NCBI GenBank assembly: GCA_000993205.1
Contig: LBVU01000002.1
Span: 28,250-92,249 of the forward strand
Direction of reading: 5' to 3'
Length of the DNA stretch: 64,000 nt
Source: Candidatus Woesebacteria bacterium GW2011_GWB1_39_10
GTDB taxonomy: Bacteria; Patescibacteriota; Microgenomatia; UBA8517
Below, piece after piece: positions 18,661 to 29,408 of this stretch; within the stretch, counting starts at the first letter, position 1, and every line of letters begins with the position of its first letter. The notes beneath the pieces were generated by a model. It was not told the DNA's origin. It did no database searches and saw only the letters and a program-made list of their open reading frames with translations. The translations under genes and the position numbers were made by a program.

Positions 18661-18888
18661 ATGCGTGATTTACTGGATTTTATACTTAAAGGAGTGCTCG
18701 GGGAAGAAAAATTTGATGTCGACGAAGCAGAGATCGAAGGCCGAATTGCTTATTCCATTAAAACCGATCCCAAAAACATCGGCCTTATTATCGGAAAAGG
18801 CGGGCATATGATTAAGTCTCTTAGAAACATCCTCAAAGTCCGCGCCACGCTCGAAAAGAAAGCGGTCTCTTTGGATATTTCTGAGTAA
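18661..18888 (+). CDS. khpA: KH-domain RNA-binding protein
   Basis: IGLIIGKGG motif; follows rpsP. Confidence 0.9.
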   Translation: MRDLLDFILKGVLGEEKFDVDEAEIEGRIAYSIKTDPKNIGLIIGKGGHMIKSLRNILKVRATLEKKAVSLDISE

Positions 18889-18889
18889 A

Positions 18890-19567
18890 TTAAGGACTAA
18901 AAGGATCAGTTCTGCCTGTTCCAGTAGACGGAGGAACAATAACAAAAACAGGCTTCCTAAGACTTCCCATATCGGTAATCAACTGTTTTTCGGCTTCGGT
19001 AAGGTTTGTAATCTCTGTAGTTAACAAAGGCAATTTGGTGGGAAGAGGGGACCAAAAAGACTTCACGGAAATAGCGGCTCTTTCTACTCCTCCGTTTTCG
19101 CTAAGTTTTATTTTATCAACAACAATAACCGGAGCAATATTCCCCGTAGCTTTTATGAATGCTATCATTTGGTCCCGCGGCGCAATAATATCAAAACTGA
19201 TATCGGTTCTAAGAAGCCCTGTTTTATCAGCAATTTCGGGACCGCTTTTTATTCCTGAGACCAAAACTGAATTTTCCAAAGCCAGTAATTTAATTTGCGA
19301 GACTACTGCCAGCGACGGGTTGGATTCGGGAAGCACAACAAGTGCGGCGTTGGCCGATTCTCCCACAGAAGCCGAAACGGTTCTCAGAATGTCTGTTTTT
19401 TGAGTTAAAATCGTCCGGTCTTTTTGCGCCTTGGCAAGACCAGCTCTTACTTCCGATATTTTTGATAATCCGAATTTACCAACAATAATAAAAAGTATTA
19501 TAACGGCAAGAAGAGGAAATACCGCTACTGTTATCTGTTTTGTTCCCGTCGATAAATTCTTAAACAT
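18890..19567 (-). CDS. PilO-like pilus alignment protein
   Basis: N-terminal TM plus coiled coil; ends GRTDPF; third gene after pilM. Confidence 0.65.
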   Translation of the reverse strand: MFKNLSTGTKQITVAVFPLLAVIILFIIVGKFGLSKISEVRAGLAKAQKDRTILTQKTDILRTVSASVGESANAALVVLPESNPSLAVVSQIKLLALENSVLVSGIKSGPEIADKTGLLRTDISFDIIAPRDQMIAFIKATGNIAPVIVVDKIKLSENGGVERAAISVKSFWSPLPTKLPLLTTEITNLTEAEKQLITDMGSLRKPVFVIVPPSTGTGRTDPFSP

Positions 19568-19569
19568 TA

Positions 19570-20097
19570 TTACAATATATGAAAGGTGGCAAGATATCCA
19601 CTTGCCGGATTGTATCCAAAGGTCGTAAGCGTAACAAATTTAAAAACTTCGGAATCTGAAATATTTTTAAGAAAAGCGGACAAATCGCTGTTGCTTCTAA
19701 AAACTACGGATAAATCAAGTTTTTGCGGATCGATGCTAAGTTCGCTTAAATTTGAATTCGGACCGATGTTTATCAAAAACGGCTCGATCCTGGAGAATAT
19801 TTTAATCGAACTTACAACACCCCGGGCCATTCCGATCTTTGCAAGACGGTCTTTAAGAAGAACCACTGCCTGTTCTGTCTTTTCCTGAGAAACAATTAGG
19901 GATTTAATTTCGTCCACTTCAGAAGAAATACTCTGTAATTGAATCGAACTAAAAGCAAAAAAGGCTGCCAGTCCAAGAGCAAAAATTATAAATCCGGAAA
20001 GCAAAATTACATTCAACATCCGCACCAACTTAAGTGTTTTTCCCAAAGTACTGCTTATTGTATGCTCCGGAGGCAATAAATTAAGTGTGACAGTCAT
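19570..20097 (-). CDS. PilN-like protein
   Basis: LNLLP N-terminal motif, TM helix, coiled coil. Confidence 0.75.
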   Translation of the reverse strand: MTVTLNLLPPEHTISSTLGKTLKLVRMLNVILLSGFIIFALGLAAFFAFSSIQLQSISSEVDEIKSLIVSQEKTEQAVVLLKDRLAKIGMARGVVSSIKIFSRIEPFLINIGPNSNLSELSIDPQKLDLSVVFRSNSDLSAFLKNISDSEVFKFVTLTTFGYNPASGYLATFHIL

Positions 20098-20106
20098 ATT
20101 TGTTAA

Positions 20107-21120
20107 CTATTCCCCGCGCATAGCCAAACCAACCGCCACCGAATAAAGTGATGCGTAGGGTGCCAGGCGTTTGGCAGTATCCGGGTCAACAGCGGTTTTG
20201 ATAAAAGGATTGCCGACCAACACTTCCAGTCCCAAAAGAGAGCTTAGGGCAGAAACGATCTCGCGCATACCGCTTGTTCCACCCGAAATAATTATAGCTT
20301 TCGGAGAATCTCCCTTTTCCTCCGTCTGATAATAATTAATGGCTTTTTTGATCTCGTCTACAACCATTCTTAATACAGGGTCAAGGGCACCTTTAATTTT
20401 CCCTTCCAACTCTTTTGAAGAAAGTCCGTAAGTTTTTTTGTACTCTTCAGCCTGCGGGGCAGATATGCCAAGGCCCTGGGAAACAGCCCTCGTAAAAGCT
20501 TCTCCGGCAATTGGAATAGACCTGGAAAAACTAAGAAGACCATTTTTGACGATTGCGATATCGGTACTGGTTGCCCCAAAATCGGTAATTAAAACCGTCT
20601 TGTCAACCGGCGCAAGCGCTCGGGTTAAAGCAATCAGTTCCGTTTCAACTGCAACCGGAGTCAACCCCGCAGCCTCCACTACTTTGGTATACCTTTCAAC
20701 TACAACCTTTGGCGCCGCCACCAGTAAAACCAAAACTTCCGGGGGACTGGTTTTTTCGTTCCGCTCAAGAATAGAGTGCTGAATAACTGCTTCAGCAACA
20801 GGAATCGGAATATATTGCTCAGATTCCCATTTAATAGCAGAGGCAATTTCGGAATCGGTTAACATAGGAAACCTGATTGTTCTTGTAAATACTTGGGATT
20901 CGGGAACGGAGATAACCACATCTTTTGATGATACGCCGGCCTCATTATGAAGATGTTTAACAACAGAGCCTAAGTCGGCATATTCTTTATCATCAACCAA
21001 TTTATCCACACTATTGCCAGAATAACCGACAATTCCGGAAGCGGAAAGAGCAAATCCATTCCCCTCTTTTTGAAGTTCTACTATTTTAATTGTTTTACTT
21101 CCAATATCAAGTCCGGTCAT
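20107..21120 (-). CDS. pilM: Type IV pilus assembly protein PilM
   Basis: GLDIGS..IK, DFGATST, SGGTS, AVGLAMR actin-like motifs. Confidence 0.93.
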   Translation of the reverse strand: MTGLDIGSKTIKIVELQKEGNGFALSASGIVGYSGNSVDKLVDDKEYADLGSVVKHLHNEAGVSSKDVVISVPESQVFTRTIRFPMLTDSEIASAIKWESEQYIPIPVAEAVIQHSILERNEKTSPPEVLVLLVAAPKVVVERYTKVVEAAGLTPVAVETELIALTRALAPVDKTVLITDFGATSTDIAIVKNGLLSFSRSIPIAGEAFTRAVSQGLGISAPQAEEYKKTYGLSSKELEGKIKGALDPVLRMVVDEIKKAINYYQTEEKGDSPKAIIISGGTSGMREIVSALSSLLGLEVLVGNPFIKTAVDPDTAKRLAPYASLYSVAVGLAMRGE

Positions 21121-21153
21121 GTGAGCAGTTATATAATTATACTAGATACTTTT

Positions 21154-22065
21154 TTATTTTGTAATCCCGGTTGAGCTATAAATTGCAAAGTCAAAAATAG
21201 GCGGCGGTTCCGGCCAACCCTGAAAAACGCTCAAACGTCTGTTTGATTGCCCCGCAGTACCGGTTGAATCAATCTGAGATCCTTGAGAGGGAAGTACGGT
21301 ATTTCCGGGAAAATTTACGTCAAAACCAATTTTGTGGGCAACATCGGTGTTATAAAAAATTCTAAGACGCGCAAACTGTAAACCGTTTTGCTCATTGTAA
21401 GATCCGGCAGGAATACCCAATGTCGATAAATCAATTTCTCTTCCAAATTCATAAATCTCGCCTCCGATTGCGCAGGTTCCCGCATCGGGGAGGGAAAAAT
21501 TATTGGCGGGATTGCGCGCGGCAAAAGGGTCAAAAGCGGCTCTTGCAATTTTTATCGTGGCTAAATCCCCCGGGGTTGTTTCGTAAAAAACTGACAATTC
21601 AATAGCCGGTGTTGTGGCGTCGGATGCAGCTGTGCCCGGGTTTCCCCAACAAACCTTAATGGTCTGGCCGGTAAAACAAGGGCTGCCTATGCTACAAATT
21701 AAAGCGTCGTTATTTGCAGAATCATGCGCTACAAACCAGATAGTTGCGCTCCCCCCGGACGTGAGAGATAGGGGATAAACAAAATTATTTGATCCCTGGG
21801 CAACATCTGAAACGTCTGATGAATAAGTGGCAGAGCCTATGGAAACATTCGTTCCTCCCGCACCGATTACCAACGCCTTCTCAATTCCCGCCTCAGCGGC
21901 AGAAAAAGCGCGGATCGCCTCTTCGCTTCCCGATGAAACGGCAATGCCGGTTATACTTCGGGAAAGAATAAAAAGCACCAGGGTAAGTACCACCGCAAGG
22001 AAAAGGAGTACCAATACCAATGCCTGTCCGCTATCTGCTTTGTACTTTATACTTTGGACTTTCAT
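21154..22065 (-). CDS. PilX-like minor pilin
   Basis: SGQALVLVLL prepilin-like helix, AFSAAEAGIE motif. Confidence 0.8.
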   Translation of the reverse strand: MKVQSIKYKADSGQALVLVLLFLAVVLTLVLFILSRSITGIAVSSGSEEAIRAFSAAEAGIEKALVIGAGGTNVSIGSATYSSDVSDVAQGSNNFVYPLSLTSGGSATIWFVAHDSANNDALICSIGSPCFTGQTIKVCWGNPGTAASDATTPAIELSVFYETTPGDLATIKIARAAFDPFAARNPANNFSLPDAGTCAIGGEIYEFGREIDLSTLGIPAGSYNEQNGLQFARLRIFYNTDVAHKIGFDVNFPGNTVLPSQGSQIDSTGTAGQSNRRLSVFQGWPEPPPIFDFAIYSSTGITK

Positions 22066-22125
22066 CTAATTTAGTTTAACAGCGTTTGAATGGTGGGTCA
22101 ACGAAAACATGATATAATTTTATTG

Positions 22126-22791
22126 ATGAAGCTGTTCAAGATCATAACAATCGGGGCAATCATACTTCTTATAACTATTCTGGCCGGCTTGTCTTTCCAA
22201 TATTACAAACAGAGTAAACTTCTTCAGGAATCCTCAAATAACCTTAATGGGCCCAAAAAAATAGAGTTAAACCTTAAGGGGATAGTAAAAAAAGGCAAAG
22301 ATATCGATCCTCAAAAATCGTATTGCCCGAACGGCATTTATATTGTTACTACTGACAAAACCTATCAACTAAGAACCCCGGATGATTTAAATGAAAAGGC
22401 CTCAACTGCATACGCAATGTACCGCGACGCAGAAGTTGCCCTGACTGCCAAATTTCAGGATATATCGCCAAACTGCGGCAGTGTTAAAAACTGCGGCTGT
22501 GACGAATTTGTGCTGGTTGAAAAAATTGAGAAAACAAAGGATACTCCGAGCAGCTTTAACTCATATAACGGAAGGATTGTCTGTCTACCGTTGGTAGAAG
22601 GAAATGTAAATTCTGCCAACTGCGCGCTTGGCCTGGCCACAGATGACGGCAAGTATTACATTTTGGAGGACGTGCCGGACAGCCTTATCGTCGAGGGAAA
22701 CGATGTCAAAATCACCGGAGAGCTTGTCAAGGAAAAAACCGCTACAAAATATCGGATCGATGGTGTAATAAACGTAGTGGAAGTTAAATAA
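22126..22791 (+). CDS. Membrane-anchored Cys-containing hypothetical protein
   Basis: N-terminal TM; TATAAT 7 nt before ATG 22126. Confidence 0.65.
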   Translation: MKLFKIITIGAIILLITILAGLSFQYYKQSKLLQESSNNLNGPKKIELNLKGIVKKGKDIDPQKSYCPNGIYIVTTDKTYQLRTPDDLNEKASTAYAMYRDAEVALTAKFQDISPNCGSVKNCGCDEFVLVEKIEKTKDTPSSFNSYNGRIVCLPLVEGNVNSANCALGLATDDGKYYILEDVPDSLIVEGNDVKITGELVKEKTATKYRIDGVINVVEVK

Positions 22792-22835
22792 AGTTCAAAC
22801 TTGACAGATCTGAATTAATATACTATTATAGGACT

Positions 22836-24233
22836 ATGGCTACAGAAGATGACGCAAAAATAACAAGGCGAGATTTTTTGAAGTTTGCTAGTTTAGCTTT
22901 TGGTGGGCTTGCTTTTGCTCCTCTTTTACGTACAAAGGAGAGTGTTTCCAACTCAAACTTTGAACCGTACACTTCGATGCTCGGTACAAACGGTCTGACG
23001 ATGGTTCTTGATAAAAATACGAAAACTCTGAGCTTGTTCGAAGGCCAACCGGACAAAATGGAGATCAACGGCATTCAACTTATCCAAGTTACAGGTCAGC
23101 CTAAAGCGCTCGTGGAAAATTTTCCACTTATTCTTTCACCTGAACAACCTACAAAAAGAGCGGGTGTCAGGAAATTTTCGTATCAAATCGAAGATGTTCT
23201 CATCTATTCATCTCTTCTCGCAAATGGGACACTTGGCACTAAAAAGTACGAAGAAGAAAAAGCTAAAAAACAAATATTGATTGATGCCAATCCCAATAAA
23301 TTTACGTCTCTTGACACAAATGGAAACATAGTTAGCGGTCTGTATGGAAAAGTGACAATTGAAATAGGAAGAAATTGGGACGATTCCCCCAGATACGGAA
23401 GTGTTAAAGTTGTATCGAATGATAATACAATATCACGGTTTTTTAGAATGTACCCCGCTTCCCCCCAAATAACTCAACCTGATGAAAAATTTGCCGAATC
23501 AACTGGCAAGGGAACCTATCTTATTAGAGCAATTCCTACGGCGCGCACCACCCCCGAAGCCCCGGAACCTTCCGTCCCCGATTTGGGCGACCCAAGATAT
23601 GGACAAGCAATTAAAGCGCTTGGGCCAGACCGCGTTCAAATTACAGAAGACCAAGTCCTTGTGGACTGGGAAGGCACCGGCAATTTTGTACCGGCTTTCT
23701 GGAAAGATAAAAATGGAAATTGGAAAAAGCGTTTTCTTTTAAGAGCCGATGGCGCCGAGAACATCACAGCCCAAGGCCTTCGCTATTCAAAGCTGGACAA
23801 CAAACAAAATTCAACCCACGTAGGAATTGTTTTCTCACACCAGAATATAGGCTTTGTAGATGCCATTCTAAACGGGAACTTATGGGAAATAGACAATCCA
23901 AACGGCAAAGAAGGCAAAGTTATAGTCTCGGAGGCTCTTACGCAAAGGGGTGGTGTTGAAGAGCTCATCGCCGTAACAATCGCCTATGATATAGGAGACG
24001 GTATTGACGTTTCCGTGCCGGGTGGTAAAAAAATAGGCAACGTTTTTGACTATTCACTAAAATTCAAGCAGGGGAACCAACGTTATTTTCAGTTTCGGAT
24101 AAAAGAAGATTCCTCTTACGAAAAATATCCTGTATACATATACAATAAACCTGATATTCCGGCCAACAAAGAATTCGTGGAGGGTGGCCGGGCTCCAGAC
24201 ATACTTTTCACAACAGGTACAGGAAAATTATAA
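22836..24233 (+). CDS. Hypothetical exported protein with twin-arginine-like signal
   Basis: ITRRDFLK followed by a hydrophobic segment. Confidence 0.65.
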   Translation: MATEDDAKITRRDFLKFASLAFGGLAFAPLLRTKESVSNSNFEPYTSMLGTNGLTMVLDKNTKTLSLFEGQPDKMEINGIQLIQVTGQPKALVENFPLILSPEQPTKRAGVRKFSYQIEDVLIYSSLLANGTLGTKKYEEEKAKKQILIDANPNKFTSLDTNGNIVSGLYGKVTIEIGRNWDDSPRYGSVKVVSNDNTISRFFRMYPASPQITQPDEKFAESTGKGTYLIRAIPTARTTPEAPEPSVPDLGDPRYGQAIKALGPDRVQITEDQVLVDWEGTGNFVPAFWKDKNGNWKKRFLLRADGAENITAQGLRYSKLDNKQNSTHVGIVFSHQNIGFVDAILNGNLWEIDNPNGKEGKVIVSEALTQRGGVEELIAVTIAYDIGDGIDVSVPGGKKIGNVFDYSLKFKQGNQRYFQFRIKEDSSYEKYPVYIYNKPDIPANKEFVEGGRAPDILFTTGTGKL

Positions 24234-24287
24234 CCAAATTGCCATAAAAGACTGGCGAACTTCTCATCAAAGTAGTAGTATTTAAGT

Positions 24288-26075
24288 GTGAATAAATTCG
24301 CCTTAACGACACTACTCATTCTTTCCTTTGCCTTCCTTTTTTCTAAAGTAGCAATAGCAGAAAGCGGTTGCGGGGGAACCGAATTTTGCCAAGACACAAA
24401 AATCGTCAACGAAATCGAATGTAACTATCAAGTAGAATCCCAGAGCTGCAAAAGAGATCTTACCGGGCAGTCAACGACAATCAACTGCACGGCGACACAG
24501 GATGATTGCTATTCGTATGAAACAGGAACGGCCTGCCGATATTCTCAGAATCTTGAGGAGTGCGAACCCACCGGTAGAAAAAAAGTCAGTTGTTGCTCGG
24601 GGGCGGGCGGGGGGAATTATGAATGCAATGGGGAAACAGAATTGATCAGAGATTGTCTTCCCAGAAGCTCGTGCAATGATGACAGAAGAGGGGCAAGGTG
24701 TGGCGAGGGAAATCAATTTTGGTGCTTTTCGCTTCAATGCATGGATTGCGCTGCAACGGATCCAAGTGTCCCGGAGGTTTCATTTAACGAAACAGGGAAT
24801 TCGGCCACTATTTCGTGGAATGCCGGCACGGGCGGGGTAAGCCAAAGCCTCTATGTTGGAAGCGACCAAACCATGGTCAACAACAATTGCACCGGCGCAG
24901 GCACTCCTTGTGTTTACTCAAGCGCAAATGCAACTTCGCCTACGGAAGTTCCGGGACTAACTCCGGGGACTTTCTATTATGCAAAAGTGGTAAATTATAA
25001 AGACGCCGCCTGCAGCGCGGAATCGTCTCAAAAGTTTATCTCCTGCAATAACATTACCCCTCTTTCAATGACCCTCAAACCCAATGAAGCAAAAGTTCTG
25101 ACGGCTACCCTAACTGGTTCGTCCGAAACTCCCACGGTTAATTTTTCTGTTAATAACGGAGTTGTTTCGGTTTCACCGCTCTCCGATAACGATGGGACTG
25201 ACGGATATAAAACCACTGTTACGGCGGGACCCGGGTCGGGACAATCGGTAGTCACATCGGGTGTGGCAATCGGGGCCATAACTTACTGCTCCGCAGACAC
25301 GGCGGTTGACATTATTCCACCCGGCGCGTGGTGGCAGGTGGGGGATGGGGATGTGTCTGCCGGCGGGGATTTAACAAGCGATGTGCCAAATGGAAACTAT
25401 TTTGATCTTAGTGGTAGCGGAGGATACCCTGGAATTCCAATATACTCAGGCGTCACGAACTTAACCGCTTCTAATGTATCCCCACCCGGGTTTGGATGGC
25501 TGGCTCAAAGCGGGGGAACCGACGGTAAAATTTACGATTATCAATTTTTCGCAAACCAGATTCCGGCTGATACCGTAATTACAACTGTCCCCAATGGCAA
25601 TGTCGACGGCAGTTTTTTTGAAAGCGGGGGAACACTTTCCTACGGCTACTATTGGTACAAATATACAGGGAACGGAACAAATCTTTCAGTTGATACGCCC
25701 ATAGATCTTACTGGTACAGACCGGAAGATTATTCTTTTAGTTGAAGGGGCGGGACTAACAATAAAAGGAGACATTGTTTTGACCGACGGACGGGAATTTT
25801 TTGGCGCATTTGTAAACGGGGCAATTGATGTTGACCCACTTGTTACATCACTTGAAGGAATTTATCTGGCCGATTCCACTTTTGGAACAGGAATAGGCAT
25901 CGACCAACTGCATGTCCGCGGATCGATAGCTTCATACGGAGGGGTTGCTCTACAAAGAGATTTGAATAACGATACCAATCCTTCAGAATTTTTTGAATAC
26001 GCCCCGGACCAAATTCTTATGTTCCCCACAAAGCTCGGCGCAAGAAAAATTAGTTGGAAAGAAGTCGCGCCTTAG
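24288..26075 (+). CDS. Secreted Cys-rich protein with an FN3-like domain
   Basis: Signal peptide, Cys-rich N-terminus, ATISW...VPGLTPGTFYY FN3 pattern, Gly-rich beta C-terminus. Confidence 0.7.
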   Translation: MNKFALTTLLILSFAFLFSKVAIAESGCGGTEFCQDTKIVNEIECNYQVESQSCKRDLTGQSTTINCTATQDDCYSYETGTACRYSQNLEECEPTGRKKVSCCSGAGGGNYECNGETELIRDCLPRSSCNDDRRGARCGEGNQFWCFSLQCMDCAATDPSVPEVSFNETGNSATISWNAGTGGVSQSLYVGSDQTMVNNNCTGAGTPCVYSSANATSPTEVPGLTPGTFYYAKVVNYKDAACSAESSQKFISCNNITPLSMTLKPNEAKVLTATLTGSSETPTVNFSVNNGVVSVSPLSDNDGTDGYKTTVTAGPGSGQSVVTSGVAIGAITYCSADTAVDIIPPGAWWQVGDGDVSAGGDLTSDVPNGNYFDLSGSGGYPGIPIYSGVTNLTASNVSPPGFGWLAQSGGTDGKIYDYQFFANQIPADTVITTVPNGNVDGSFFESGGTLSYGYYWYKYTGNGTNLSVDTPIDLTGTDRKIILLVEGAGLTIKGDIVLTDGREFFGAFVNGAIDVDPLVTSLEGIYLADSTFGTGIGIDQLHVRGSIASYGGVALQRDLNNDTNPSEFFEYAPDQILMFPTKLGARKISWKEVAP

Positions 26076-26176
26076 CCGGAATCTAACCTTCGCTAAAAGT
26101 TTAGTCAACAAAGAAAGCGTTCCTATATCCCTTATTTTTGACTTAATTTACAAACTAGGATACTATACATCCTCAG

Positions 26177-26761
26177 ATGGTTAACTCAAGAACTGGCACA
26201 TATGATTCTCTAGAAGAACTTGCTAGACAAGTTATATCTTTAACTGGTGAAGATCCAAACAGAGAAGGATTGAAAGAAACACCAAAAAGGGTAGCAAAGA
26301 CTTATAAAGAGCTATTGAGTGGGTATGAAATGGACCCAAGCCATGAAATTACAATGTTTGACAGTAATGGTTTCAATGAATTGGTTAGTGTAACCGAGAT
26401 TGACTTCTACAGCTTATGCGAACACCACATGCTTCCATTTTTTGGTAAAGTACATATAGGTTATGTACCAGACAAGAAGATTTTGGGTTTATCCAAATTT
26501 TCTAGAATTGTAGATATATATTCAAGAAGGCTTCAGACTCAAGAGAATCTAACAAAACAAATATTTGATTTGTTAGAAAATAAACTTTCTCCAAAGGGAT
26601 TGATCGTTTCTATTGAAGCAAGACATTTATGTGTACGGATGAGGGGTGTAAAAGAAAAGGGAAGTTCAACAAAAACTACAATTAAAAACGGTATATTATT
26701 AAAAAGACGTGATTTTGCCGATCAATTCTTCATAGATTCTCATTTAAAAGTTATTTCTTGA
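26177..26761 (+). CDS. folE: GTP cyclohydrolase I
   Basis: GEDPNREGL.ETP.RVA, SLCEHHMLPF.G, GLSKFSR, QENLT, HLC..MRG motifs. Confidence 0.95.
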   Translation: MVNSRTGTYDSLEELARQVISLTGEDPNREGLKETPKRVAKTYKELLSGYEMDPSHEITMFDSNGFNELVSVTEIDFYSLCEHHMLPFFGKVHIGYVPDKKILGLSKFSRIVDIYSRRLQTQENLTKQIFDLLENKLSPKGLIVSIEARHLCVRMRGVKEKGSSTKTTIKNGILLKRRDFADQFFIDSHLKVIS

Positions 26762-26776
26762 TATTATCAATTGTAG

Positions 26777-27457
26777 TTAAATTGTTCTTTTAATATAAGT
26801 GCCCCCATCAAAAGGTATAATTTTGCCTGTTGAATAAAAATTATTTTCGGAAAGAATAAAATCTATCAAATTAATCAACCCCTCACATGGGTTTTTTACA
26901 GAGACCAAACTCCTTGAATAATACCCTGTTTTATTGGTAGCACTTTCTCTAGTTTTGGTTGGTCCCAATCCAATGCCTATTACAGATGTTGTTTGAGCTA
27001 GTTCAACAGCAAGCAATCTAATGTAGACTTCTAAAAGTGCTTTTGAGAAGGAATAATAAAAATGATTCTTTTTTGGTTGAACTAATCCTTCATCTGTGAG
27101 GCAAATAATTTTAGAATTAGCTCTAAATTTTAGATTAAAAATCAAATCTAAATAACTTATAAAGTTTATATTGACAGTGGAAATGAATTTCATTTTATTC
27201 CATTTTGATTCGACGCTATAAACACTGGCAAAGAATAATAATCCGTCATATTTATTACCTCTTGTTTTATTAATAAAATTCTCAATCGACGCCTCATCGG
27301 CTAAATTTAATTGATAATATTTAATTTTAGACAAATGAGGATTGATTTTTATGTTTTTGTGTATTGTAATATCCATCTGATATTTTAGATAGTATTTTTT
27401 AACAAAAGTCTGAGCGATTTTTGACTTACCTCCAATTAGTAAAATTCTCTTTTTCAT
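26777..27457 (-). CDS. Short-chain dehydrogenase/reductase, possibly pteridine-reductase-like
   Basis: IGGKSKIA Rossmann start, YSFSK (YxxxK), LAVELA, TGKIIPFDGG. Confidence 0.7.
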   Translation of the reverse strand: MKKRILLIGGKSKIAQTFVKKYYLKYQMDITIHKNIKINPHLSKIKYYQLNLADEASIENFINKTRGNKYDGLLFFASVYSVESKWNKMKFISTVNINFISYLDLIFNLKFRANSKIICLTDEGLVQPKKNHFYYSFSKALLEVYIRLLAVELAQTTSVIGIGLGPTKTRESATNKTGYYSRSLVSVKNPCEGLINLIDFILSENNFYSTGKIIPFDGGTYIKRTI

Positions 27458-29397
27458 TTATCTAATAAACTTTTTGCTTTTCGCACAATACCCAGTTCAT
27501 CAATTTGATAATATCTTTCAAGATCGACAATACTCCCAGTTGTTCCAAAATCAAATCCGTGACCTGCGATAACACTGGGTCTTATTGATGTAAATTCCAT
27601 AACAGCCATACTCACAACCGATTGCAAAACTTTGTGAAAACCGTTATAGACAGTCAATACTGGCGTATCATTTTCTAATAAATTTAAAAAATCTTTTCCA
27701 AGTTCACCTGGGCTGATAACATTAACTACTCTAGTTGGTATATTATATTTGGATTCTAAAATTTCGGCTGCTTTAACAGAATTATGTGTTGTAAAACCAC
27801 TACTAACAATTACCAACCCAGGTTTTTTGCCGGGATCGTGCGTAATATAATGTCGAATATTTTTTAAGTCATCGATCTGGCGGTATAAAGGAGAAATATT
27901 TTTTCTGTGGAGTCTCGCATAAACAACTCCTGGATTATTTGTAAACGCCCAATTTAAAACATTAAACAAATCTTGCACATCGGCTGGTTCTTTTATGTTT
28001 AGTCCTGGCATATTTATCAGTGCTCCCGGTTGCCCACTTGTTTGGTGTGTCTTACCGTTCCTTTCTTGTGTTAAACCACTGTGTTCACCAACAATTATCA
28101 TTTTACTTCCACCCTGGGCAACAGCGTTTAATTGATCCATTGCTCTGTATATAAAAGCATCTCCAAAATTAATGAAAATACGAGCAAGTGGATCAGAAAT
28201 TGAAATCCCATGTGCCATCGCAACGGCATGCTGTTCCCTGATGCCTGTATCAATAAATTTAGTAAATCGCTCAAAATTAGCCATTTCTACTAAATCTTTT
28301 CTAATAAAGTCTGGAGTAATTACGTACATTTTTATCCGGTTGTCGGCCTCGATGATACTTCTCAATTCTTTAAAGTAAAATCCTTGGGAGTTATCAAGAT
28401 TGGTTTCATCATCGGGATTGACTGCAATATTAACATTTGGAAATTCGACTTTTGATTCTAACGATTGATCTAGCTTTTCAGGTCTAGTGACTAATCCATT
28501 AGCTAACAATTTTGCTTGCTGAACCTCGTCATTACGACTTTTTATTTCTTTTGCAGATAATTCTAATGCCTGACGCGCTAAATCTTTAGGAGTAACACTT
28601 AGGGTGTGATATCCACAAAAGTTTTCTTCTGCACCAGAAATGCCCCGACCTTTAATTGTATGTGCAATTACAAATGTTGGTTTTTGAATGTCTTCAAATT
28701 TTGAATACACCTCCATTATCTCTTCAACATTATGCCCGTCTGAAATTTCTAAAACATTCCAGCCATATCCCTCCCATATCCGTCTAACATCAGATCCGCT
28801 GTCAGATTCATTAGTCGGGCGAGATAATTGTTTGTCATTTTTATCAAGAATACAAATTAGGTTATCTAAACCCAAATTTGCGGCGTGTCTGGCAGCCTCA
28901 CTTATATTGCCTTCTTGTTCCTCACCGTCTCCTAAAAAAACGAATGTCTTGTGATTTGACCCTTTCTCTTTTGCGACAATTGCATCTCCAACTCCGTAGG
29001 ATAAAATCATACCAAGTGAACCCGACGGGGTTATGTCAACACCTGGGGTCGTATGCATATCTTCGTGACCTTGCAGCCTCGAGCCGAATTGCCTGTAAGT
29101 TTTTAGTTCATCTTCAGAAAACAAACCCATTAAACTAAATATTTTATATCTAACAGGTCCTTTATGACCAAGTATTAGAACCCTGTCTCTATTTTTATCT
29201 TGCGGATTAGCTGGATCAAATTTTAATACTCCTCCAAAATACAAACAGGTTAGTAACTCAATACATGAGGAATTTCCACCTAAATGTCCACTATTTGCAT
29301 TGATAATCGTTTCGAATACTGATTTTCTAATTTCTAGTGCGAGATTATTCAAAATATCTTTATCGTATTGCTTCACTGGTGGTGATAGTCTTTCCAT
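27454..29397 (-). CDS. Transketolase-like ThDP enzyme (fused N and C domains)
   Basis: SGHLGG, LQGH, GSLG, GDGEEQEG, TIKGRG, GIREQH motifs. Confidence 0.9.
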   Translation of the reverse strand: MERLSPPVKQYDKDILNNLALEIRKSVFETIINANSGHLGGNSSCIELLTCLYFGGVLKFDPANPQDKNRDRVLILGHKGPVRYKIFSLMGLFSEDELKTYRQFGSRLQGHEDMHTTPGVDITPSGSLGMILSYGVGDAIVAKEKGSNHKTFVFLGDGEEQEGNISEAARHAANLGLDNLICILDKNDKQLSRPTNESDSGSDVRRIWEGYGWNVLEISDGHNVEEIMEVYSKFEDIQKPTFVIAHTIKGRGISGAEENFCGYHTLSVTPKDLARQALELSAKEIKSRNDEVQQAKLLANGLVTRPEKLDQSLESKVEFPNVNIAVNPDDETNLDNSQGFYFKELRSIIEADNRIKMYVITPDFIRKDLVEMANFERFTKFIDTGIREQHAVAMAHGISISDPLARIFINFGDAFIYRAMDQLNAVAQGGSKMIIVGEHSGLTQERNGKTHQTSGQPGALINMPGLNIKEPADVQDLFNVLNWAFTNNPGVVYARLHRKNISPLYRQIDDLKNIRHYITHDPGKKPGLVIVSSGFTTHNSVKAAEILESKYNIPTRVVNVISPGELGKDFLNLLENDTPVLTVYNGFHKVLQSVVSMAVMEFTSIRPSVIAGHGFDFGTTGSIVDLERYYQIDELGIVRKAKSLLDK

Positions 29398-29408
29398 AAA
29401 ATATAAAT

